Both the position numbers and the translations under genes were made by a program. The notes below the pieces were generated by a model. The model made no database searches, was not told where the DNA came from, and saw nothing but the letters and a program-made list of their open reading frames with translations. Below, piece after piece: positions 41,376 to 48,481 of a stretch of 64,000 nucleotides of DNA; the stretch's first letter is position 1; each line of letters begins with the position of its first letter. The DNA is from an uncultured Acidobacteriota bacterium. GTDB lineage: Bacteria; Acidobacteriota; UBA6911. The stretch lies in NCBI GenBank assembly GCA_964586015.1, contig CAZPHK010000001.1, forward strand, positions 25,081 through 89,080, in the 5' to 3' direction.

Positions 41376-42041
41376 ATGTCAGGAGTTGAATGTATGTTAT
41401 TATCTCTCATTATGAAACTACTTAGAATGCTTCTGCCGTTATGTCTTGCCGCCTCGTTGGTGGCCGCTGACTATCGGATAAAAACCGTTGAAATCCTGCC
41501 TGTAGAGTCCTATCCGGCTCATGTTTCCGTTGACGACATCACAATCGCCGCGGATCCTTATCCCAACGATGAAAAGTGCTCTACAGCATTCGACGTATCA
41601 AAGCTTGCTTCAAGGGGATATTTTCCCGTAAACATTATCATTAAGAACTCATCCCCCTATTACCTGAAAATAAAGACCCGGAACATTACGCTCGAAACCC
41701 GCCTCGGACAACGTCTCTACTCGACTCCGGCGGCGATGGTCGTCGAGGAAGTGGTCGGGAAAAAATACGGAGATTCCCTCTCAACCACAATTAGCGGAGA
41801 ATACGCAGCAGAGAAGATCGCGTCACCGCTTTCAGATTTTACGGGAAAAGAGCTCACCAACAGACTCATAGACCCCGGCACGGTTTACAGCGGATTCCTG
41901 TTCTTTTTTTCGGAGAAGACAAAGAGAAGTATTTTTATCGGAAGCACCCTGCACATACCGAACCTGGAGGAGGAAGGAACTCTGAAGGCGCATGGTCCGT
42001 TTACTATTCCTATGGATCCGGCATTGAACATACCAAAATAG
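41376..42041 (+). CDS. hypothetical secreted protein
   Basis: 221 aa. Probable signal peptide from the internal Met (MKLLRMLLPLCLAASLVAA). No recognisable domain. Confidence 0.35.
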   Translation: MSGVECMLLSLIMKLLRMLLPLCLAASLVAADYRIKTVEILPVESYPAHVSVDDITIAADPYPNDEKCSTAFDVSKLASRGYFPVNIIIKNSSPYYLKIKTRNITLETRLGQRLYSTPAAMVVEEVVGKKYGDSLSTTISGEYAAEKIASPLSDFTGKELTNRLIDPGTVYSGFLFFFSEKTKRSIFIGSTLHIPNLEEEGTLKAHGPFTIPMDPALNIPK

Positions 42042-42066
42042 AGAATCCGCCAGGCAGAAAAACCCT

Positions 42067-42370
42067 ATACCCGGAAGAGGCATAGCAGCCCGTGGTAAAA
42101 GTACAGCGGGCCGCGTTCCGAGCGCCGCAGGGGCAGACGCAAGGCGGCGCGACGCAGGCGATGTGGTGCATCGTTGAGGAGCGCCAACGCAGCAGATGCC
42201 CCTGCGCCGCCGGAACCCTTTGGGCGCATAGGGGTTGCGGGCAATCTCTTCGTTGCTCGTCGTCGACGATGTCCCGCATCGACTCCTCCTCGCGCCTTGA
42301 GCTTGCCTCGCAAGCCCTATGCGCGCGACCCACTGTACTTTTACCACGGGCTGATAGGGCTTCTTGGTAT
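42067..42370. repeat. ~300-bp GC-rich imperfect palindrome (long hairpin) of unknown nature; the ~47-bp terminal inverted repeats are near-identical
   Basis: The left arm ATACCCGGAAGAGGCATAGCAGCCCGTGGTAAAAGTACAGCGGGCCGCG (42067-42115) is near-identical to the reverse complement of the right arm (42321-42370, ...GACCCACTGTACTTTTACCACGGGCTGATAGGGCTTCTTGGTAT). The inner sequence keeps degenerate two-fold symmetry to a centre near 42219. It is visibly GC-richer than its flanks and carries stop-free spurious ORFs on both strands. Confidence 0.5.
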
Positions 42371-42406
42371 CAGATCGCTTGAAGCCGGGCCGGATCTTAT
42401 CGTTTG

Positions 42407-43015
42407 CTATTTCCTATTTTTTCGAAAGACTTCCGCGTAAATGCGCCTCAGCGGCGCGACACAGTATTGGTGGATTAATTCCATGAAATTCGGCGGATCC
42501 GCGATCAGATCTTCGAGATGCATTTCCCGTACGCCGAATGAGAGGCGAACTATGTCGGCTTTACCTTCACGCTCTTCCACCTTGATGCAGTCCTGAATGT
42601 CCTCCTGCAGATCGAACACATCGCAATTACGGACCGTTTTCAGTCTCTTGAACCCGTCTATGGGCTTTTCCCGGGCAGACTGATAATAAGCGGCCAGTTT
42701 TTGTGCAAGATCCCCATAGTTGAAATTCGGCACCTTATTGTTGACACTGACTTCCAGAATGCAGGCATCGTCTTCCACCATCAGGTTTAATCCATAGGTG
42801 AAATCAAGGTCGCCCTTGTTGAATTTTATTCTATGACCTGTGTCGTCGTGGAAGCGTTTCAGCTCCTCGGGAACCTGAATATCTGGATTCTCAGCCTTCT
42901 TTTCCGAAGTGATGTAATAATCGCTGACACTCAGATACCATTGATCGATAATCGCCTCCAGGGAACCGTCTATGAGCTCAGCAGTTTCATTGGGAATTTT
43001 CCTATTCACAGACAA
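42407..43015 (-). CDS. hypothetical acidic cytoplasmic protein
   Basis: 202 aa with no signal peptide and no recognisable motif. Sits between the palindrome and tRNA-Ala. Confidence 0.35.
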   Translation of the reverse strand: MSVNRKIPNETAELIDGSLEAIIDQWYLSVSDYYITSEKKAENPDIQVPEELKRFHDDTGHRIKFNKGDLDFTYGLNLMVEDDACILEVSVNNKVPNFNYGDLAQKLAAYYQSAREKPIDGFKRLKTVRNCDVFDLQEDIQDCIKVEEREGKADIVRLSFGVREMHLEDLIADPPNFMELIHQYCVAPLRRIYAEVFRKNRK

Positions 43016-43184
43016 TCGCGTAGTCCTCAGTGAAATTAGATTGTTAACTTTGTTTCTTCCTTGTAAAACCCTTTATTTTACCACGAATACGAAAATTTTC
43101 GGAAAAAATCCTGAGAAAGAATGACCAGCCTTTAAATTGTTCGTGGAACGTTGATGATACCCAACCTTTTCACCACGGATTCAA

Positions 43185-43213
43185 TTGACAGCTTCTTTAC
43201 TATCGGGGATAAT
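43185..43213 (+). promoter_or_regulatory. sigma70-type promoter for tRNA-Ala (TTGACA-N17-GATAAT)
   Basis: TTGACA at 43185-43190 and GATAAT at 43208-43213 with a 17-nt spacer, about 20 nt upstream of the tRNA 5' end. Confidence 0.45.
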
Positions 43214-43232
43214 TCGTTACGTTTTCAGGTGT

Positions 43233-43308
<76 letters not shown>

Positions 43309-43440
43309 TGCTTCGCCCATAGCCGAATCGAAGATTCGGCCGGGCTTCGCATGGCGCAGCCACTTCAGTTACAAAAAAATCCAACAAATGATGTTACACA
43401 TAACAACGAATTTTCGATTAATTTCAGGGCATGACGGGGA

Positions 43441-44928
43441 TTATGCTTCCCCGCCTTTCTGAATAATGACGGGATTCGGAACGGGAACATTCAAATGGGG
43501 CAGCAGGGAGGATTCCATCGTATATACCGCCTCCAACAAACTGCTCCGCACCTTGTCGTCGCGTTCAATGGCAGTATGCTCCTTCAAGGCTTTCAGGGAC
43601 TCTTCGGATCTAATGGAAGCCAGGGCTCGAACCGAGGCCTGCCTTAAAACGGTCATTTCGTGATTCAAATACCGGCGGATATGCGGAATTGCCTTTTCCT
43701 TCCCGGTCTGGGCCAGAGGTATCAATGCGATAAGAGCGCTCTGGGGATGTGTCTCAATGTACTTGAGAATTTCTTCGAATGCCTCGCCGGCTCCGATTTT
43801 TCCCAGAGCCTCTATTGCACACTCGGCATGAAACGGGCTTCTTAAATCGTTCATAATCAATGGAGTCGCGGAAGAAATCTTCAATTCGCCCAGTACCCTT
43901 ATCAATCCCCATCGCACACGGTCGTTTTCCCCGGAATATAGCTTTAACACGGCTTTTACCTCGGACGATTCGATTGTATCCACCATATCCCGAACAGCAG
44001 CGAGCCGTTCCTTTGTTGTTCCGGTTCTCATTGTATAAAGCCAGGATTCGATCCTGTCCGTTTTTTCATTCCAGATGTTCCTGGTTTCATCAGACGCCGT
44101 GTGCACATTCGTCCGACTGGATACAAAAACGCTGTCTGTTTCTTCAAATTCTTTGCACTTTTCCAGTTCATGCTTCAGTATACCGGCATTTGCGAACCTG
44201 CCACCCGGCTTGATTGCAAGGCATTTTTCAAGTATCTGTTGAAGCAATTCAGGGAATTCATGTAACACGTCCTGCGGCCAGGGAAACTTGCCCAAAGGGG
44301 GAAATCCCATCAACATTTCGTACAGTATCGCTCCTAAAGCGTATACATCGGCCCTTTGATCGATTCTTTTCGTATCAAAGCGCTGTTCCGGAGCAAGATA
44401 GGCAATGGTTCCGAGAATCTCTCCGGACTGCGTCAGCGCACTTTTTTCCACCGCAAGGGTTTTCGCTATTCCGAAATCGGAGACCACCGGATTCCCTTCA
44501 GCGTCGAGCAGGATATTCGAAGGCTTCAGGTCCCTGTGGATAACCCCTCTGTCGTGGGCATGTGCCATGGCGGCGCAAATGCGCAAAAAGAGTTCTACTG
44601 CGGGCGAAAAATTGACCCTTTCCCGACGCATGTTTTGCGCAAGGTTTCCTCCCGGCATATATTCCATCGAATAGAAATAACAGTCTTCGAGGATTCCGTT
44701 GTCATAAATTTTTATAATGCCGGGGTGGGAAAGACCCCCTATAATTTCGATTTCACGCAGGAAACGGGTGTAATCCGAAGGATATTTCGTCACCCTTTTT
44801 TTGAGAATTTTATAGCCACGTTTCTGGCGCGTCCTGGGATCTAATGCCAGGTAGACATCGGACATTCCCCCCGAACCGATTTTCTCTACGAGATAAAAGC
44901 TGCCTATTTTCCTTCGCAACATTCCCAT
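43441..44928 (-). CDS. Ser/Thr protein kinase with C-terminal HEAT-like repeats
   Basis: 495 aa. Kinase motifs GSGGMSDVY, VIHRDLKPSNILL, DFGIAK, APE. The C-terminal half is helical repeats typical of HEAT or PBS-lyase repeats. Confidence 0.85.
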   Translation of the reverse strand: MGMLRRKIGSFYLVEKIGSGGMSDVYLALDPRTRQKRGYKILKKRVTKYPSDYTRFLREIEIIGGLSHPGIIKIYDNGILEDCYFYSMEYMPGGNLAQNMRRERVNFSPAVELFLRICAAMAHAHDRGVIHRDLKPSNILLDAEGNPVVSDFGIAKTLAVEKSALTQSGEILGTIAYLAPEQRFDTKRIDQRADVYALGAILYEMLMGFPPLGKFPWPQDVLHEFPELLQQILEKCLAIKPGGRFANAGILKHELEKCKEFEETDSVFVSSRTNVHTASDETRNIWNEKTDRIESWLYTMRTGTTKERLAAVRDMVDTIESSEVKAVLKLYSGENDRVRWGLIRVLGELKISSATPLIMNDLRSPFHAECAIEALGKIGAGEAFEEILKYIETHPQSALIALIPLAQTGKEKAIPHIRRYLNHEMTVLRQASVRALASIRSEESLKALKEHTAIERDDKVRSSLLEAVYTMESSLLPHLNVPVPNPVIIQKGGEA

Positions 44929-45917
44929 TATGTTTTTACCGGGGATGAATTATCCGAATTTTCCCACAACTCGACTCGATTCCTTCCGAGAGACTTGCTG
45001 CGGAACAGAGCGACATCCGCATGCTCCAACAGCTGCTCGGGATCTGCATCCGTTGCGCACTTGGACGCAACTCCCAAGCTCGCCGTTACATTTTCGGTCA
45101 GCCCAAGGGCCTGAGCCAGGTGGGATTCCAGGCGATTTCGAACTCTTCCAGCTATTTTTACGGCTCCATCACCTTCCGTTTCGGGCAGGACTATGAGAAA
45201 TTCATCCCCACCGAACCTGCCCACCTTGTCCCGACGCCTGACCGAGGAAAGTATCTCTTCGGCCACCTTTTGCAGGATTTGATCTCCCTTTAGATGGCCA
45301 TATATATCATTCATGCATTTGAATTTATCGATATCCACCAACACGACTGAAACCCAGCGTCGATCCCGGACGCTGCCCGCAATTTCTTCCTTGAGAATTC
45401 TCGTTATAGTTGCTTTATTGTTCAGAGAGGTGAGACTGTCTACTGTGGCAAGCCGATAGATTTCATCGAAGAATTGCTGTTCCGCCAGATCCCTCTGCTC
45501 ATACTTTAAAATTACGCCCCCAAGAATTATTTTGTCTCCCGGCTTTAGTATCGTTTTTTTAATCGATGAATAATTTACTAATGTTCCATTCTTACTATCT
45601 AAATCTTTAATTATTACTTTAAGTTTTGACTCTTCTGATTTTTTTATAATTTTTCGGCAGATTATCCGTAAGTGCTTCCTGGAAACAGCAGGATCGGCAA
45701 TTACAATATCGTTGTCACTGCCGCGCCCCAGCGTGATCTCACGATGGAGAATCGGGATTTCCTTGCCGATAGACGGCCCTGAAAGAAAAGTTAACGTCGG
45801 GATATATGTGGACAGGTCCCCATGCAGCGACTGCTCTCTGACAGTGCTGTCCATTTCCGTAAGAATGCTTTCGTCCGGATTTTTCTCTTTCAAACTGTTC
45901 CTAAAGGTCCTTAACAC
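44928..45917 (-). CDS. FHA-domain diguanylate cyclase (FHA plus GGDEF)
   Basis: 329 aa. N-terminal FHA (ITLGRGSDNDIVIADPAVSRKHLRI...DLDSKNGTLVN). C-terminal GGDEF domain with an intact RFGGDEF active site. Its stop overlaps the kinase start by 1 bp. Confidence 0.8.
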   Translation of the reverse strand: MLRTFRNSLKEKNPDESILTEMDSTVREQSLHGDLSTYIPTLTFLSGPSIGKEIPILHREITLGRGSDNDIVIADPAVSRKHLRIICRKIIKKSEESKLKVIIKDLDSKNGTLVNYSSIKKTILKPGDKIILGGVILKYEQRDLAEQQFFDEIYRLATVDSLTSLNNKATITRILKEEIAGSVRDRRWVSVVLVDIDKFKCMNDIYGHLKGDQILQKVAEEILSSVRRRDKVGRFGGDEFLIVLPETEGDGAVKIAGRVRNRLESHLAQALGLTENVTASLGVASKCATDADPEQLLEHADVALFRSKSLGRNRVELWENSDNSSPVKT

Positions 45918-45960
45918 TGCTTCCCCCGATTATTCTTGGTTTAATTAAATCAGTTGCCGG

Positions 45961-46812
45961 CTAATTAAAGACCACCATTCTGTTTCTTGTCCCGTGCGGA
46001 ATTATATGAACTTCATTGGAACCGTCACGAATGACCATAACATCATAAACTCTGGTACGTGATCTATTGAGCCCGCTGGAAATGTTGTAAATAATCGCTT
46101 TTTCATCGTCTAGAAAGTGCAGCTTTGAAATCATCTCTATAGGCACATGTCGGAAAAAGGCAATTAATTCGCATTCCACCGCCGGGAAATTCCTTTTATA
46201 TTCCGCCTCCTGTAAAAAAGACTTTTTTTCCGAATCCGTTATTGATTCGATATCAACGCTGGTCTGGCGTATCGGCAAATCAAAAGCCTGGGAAATCTTG
46301 GAAATTATTACCGTTTGCCTTGAAATCAGCGCCCCGTTTCCAGCGGTTCTTGGTAGCCGCAACTGCACCGAAGCGGGAATATGGACAGGCGCCGGACCGA
46401 TACCGACCCCAAATTGCCGACAGTAGGGAACGATAGTTAATAAAGCCTGCCGTACCTGTACATTGTCCTCGGCCGGAAGCTCCAACGGATAGATCGGCGC
46501 ATCTCCTATCAGTCCGGCTTTACAAATCGAAGTTTCAGTCTCGATGCATTCAAGCCCTTTGGAATCAGGTTGGCTCACTACGACATTAAAAGCGACCGGA
46601 CGGTTTTTAATATCACAGGAAAATTGGAACATATCCTCAAGGCTGGATGCGCGGGAACAGATATTGAGGGGGCAGTCCTGCACGTTTTTTATTAAATCAC
46701 GCGCCCGAACCCTTCTCCACAGCGTCTCCCTCTTCTTCCTTTTACGGGGGAGAGATCCGGCGTTGTATTTATTTTTCAGCCAGTATGCTAGCCCGGCTTC
46801 CCTTCTCCACAT
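45961..46812 (-). CDS. hypothetical protein co-operonic with the FHA-GGDEF protein and the kinase
   Basis: 283 aa by the track. The basic N-terminal ~60 aa may be read-through and the true start may be MFQFSC. No recognised domain. Confidence 0.3.
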   Translation of the reverse strand: MWRREAGLAYWLKNKYNAGSLPRKRKKRETLWRRVRARDLIKNVQDCPLNICSRASSLEDMFQFSCDIKNRPVAFNVVVSQPDSKGLECIETETSICKAGLIGDAPIYPLELPAEDNVQVRQALLTIVPYCRQFGVGIGPAPVHIPASVQLRLPRTAGNGALISRQTVIISKISQAFDLPIRQTSVDIESITDSEKKSFLQEAEYKRNFPAVECELIAFFRHVPIEMISKLHFLDDEKAIIYNISSGLNRSRTRVYDVMVIRDGSNEVHIIPHGTRNRMVVFN

Positions 46813-47363
46813 ATGCTTTTAAGTGCGGATGTTATCCGGTCCATCGGCTCCAGCAGATTCATTGTCAGGGCGATTTCCTGGAGCCAGGCTGCAATATTAT
46901 GCTGAACGGTTTCATCTGATGTCGAAAAGGCCAGACGCAGCAATATCGAGTCCTCTTCGAGTTCCATCACCGCTTCACGTTCCCGAACTCTGTTGAAAGG
47001 CCCGGAAAGCTCTCCGGGAGGCATGTTGTATTTTTGAATCGCCACCATCTCTCTGCCGTTTACCGAATCCAGGAATTCCTTCTCGTCGTAGGGAACTATA
47101 AAATAGTCGGGATGCGTCCTTAATTCAGCGACAAGACGATCCCGTATGACCGTCTCATGCAGGTATTTTTCAAGGACGGATCCGTAAAGGATCTTGTGCA
47201 GTTTAGTTGCGACTACCGGCTCGGTATATTTAAATTCAAGCGGGATACCGACCTGATTGGTAATGAGTATTCCACCCATATGTTTTTCATTTGACTTAAG
47301 ATGGCAGAAATACCCTATCAGTTTTTCTTTATGTTCGTGTTTCGTCTTGCCTTGGTCTGACAT
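46788..47363 (-). CDS. hypothetical protein, first gene of the putative signalling operon
   Basis: 191 aa, no recognisable motif. Overlaps the downstream ORF by 25 nt in a different frame. Confidence 0.3.
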   Translation of the reverse strand: MSDQGKTKHEHKEKLIGYFCHLKSNEKHMGGILITNQVGIPLEFKYTEPVVATKLHKILYGSVLEKYLHETVIRDRLVAELRTHPDYFIVPYDEKEFLDSVNGREMVAIQKYNMPPGELSGPFNRVREREAVMELEEDSILLRLAFSTSDETVQHNIAAWLQEIALTMNLLEPMDRITSALKSICGEGKPG

Positions 47364-47613
47364 TGCATTAACCCATACAAATTATCGGCGGTACGAGCTG
47401 TATCCTTTAAAATCAATACTGTCCGGAAAAGTCTGGAGGTTGGGGCGGAAATGTCTTACGACAGGGAGAACAAGAAAAAAAGTGCGTTAAAAAGGTTTCC
47501 GAAACGGCATTTGAAAGTCTTGGGAGAAGTTATTCGTTAATTGATTTTCATAAGCCGGCCTTTATTACAATTTACTTGTAAGTATAACCGGGGAATGTTA
47601 AAAACACTCCATC

Positions 47614-47689
47614 GGGCGCCTAGCTCAGCTGGTAGAGCACTGCGATCACACCGCAGGGGTCACAGGTTCGAGTCCTGTGGCGCCCACCA
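47614..47689 (+). tRNA. tRNA-Val (anticodon CAC)
   Basis: 76 nt: acceptor GGGCGCC/GGCGCCC, D arm GCTC-AGCTGGTA-GAGC, anticodon arm CTGCG-ATCACAC-CGCAG, T arm ACAGG-TTCGAGT-CCTGT, and an encoded CCA. Confidence 0.9.
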
Positions 47690-47802
47690 GGCTTCGCCTG
47701 GCGCGGCCACATACGATACAAATCCATCCCTCAAACAATGGTACTTTTTTACGTCTTAACGGATCCCAATTAATCGTGTTTTCCAATTCGGATTGACGGT
47801 GT

Positions 47803-47827
47803 AGGGGCGAACACAAGGTTCGCCCCT
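47803..47827 (+). terminator. stem-loop AGGGGCGAAC-ACAAG-GTTCGCCCCT followed by a T-rich tract; candidate terminator between tRNA-Val and the convergent small gene
   Basis: Perfect 10-bp stem followed by GTGAATTTT. A near-copy recurs at 55064-55089. Confidence 0.4.
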
Positions 47828-47909
47828 GTGAATTTTCAGGATATTTCGGGAATTGGATCTGAGAGCTGTTAATGCAGGTAGTCAGGCAGTGGTTCCGGCA
47901 CGGCAAATC

Positions 47910-48245
47910 CTATTTTTCTACTTTATTGAGGACATCCATAATAGTATTCAATTCTTTTCGCCAGAGCGGTTCTTCCCTTCGCAAGGCGTCGTGATAAAGG
48001 CCGTTCAGCTCCGCATTTCTCCGCCGCACTTGATCTTCCAGGACGGCAACATGCTTATTCAGACCGAGCATTTCCGAGCGCATGTCCAGGACTTCTTTCT
48101 CTTTTCTTCCCAAATCTTCGCATAAAGCCTTGTTGCTGCATGACAGGCTTTGAATCCGTTCCTTTTTGCCGAAGAACATTGCATGAAAAAAGAAGCCCAG
48201 AAGGCAAAAACAGAACGCGACTGCTGCCAAAACCAGGTAATTCAT
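47910..48245 (-). CDS. small membrane-anchored coiled-coil protein
   Basis: 111 aa. N-terminal TM (LVLAAVAFCFCLLGFFF), then charged heptad-like sequence. Divergent from the large kinase gene. Confidence 0.3.
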   Translation of the reverse strand: MNYLVLAAVAFCFCLLGFFFHAMFFGKKERIQSLSCSNKALCEDLGRKEKEVLDMRSEMLGLNKHVAVLEDQVRRRNAELNGLYHDALRREEPLWRKELNTIMDVLNKVEK

Positions 48246-48481
48246 ATCCCCCCCGGGACACGGTGATTTATGCCGACAGCGAATACCTCGATATTATTAA
48301 TTGAAATATAAACACAGATTTCACCATCGTTCGAGCGTTTTGTAAATATTCTATATGATTCCTCTCATTTATTCATTCTATTGAGGTAAAATATTTTCAC
48401 CGATTTGCCTTTCCCGGAATATTTCATAATGAGGCGGTAATAATTTTTTACGGGAAACGGGCCGCCGAAAAGGAAAAACGA

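Noticed and set aside
42010-42440. Cluster of 80-170-aa ORFs on both strands (e.g. 41832..42347-, 42092..42382+, 42174..42440+)
   Set aside because: All lie within a GC-rich palindromic non-coding element. The symmetric sequence gives stop-free frames in both orientations, and their translations are Arg/Ala/Pro-rich low complexity with no start context.
47540-47613. Possible sigma70 promoter for tRNA-Val (TTGATT...TTACAAT)
   Set aside because: The hexamers are poor and the spacing is about 19 nt, too weak to call, unlike the clear TTGACA-N17-GATAAT before tRNA-Ala.
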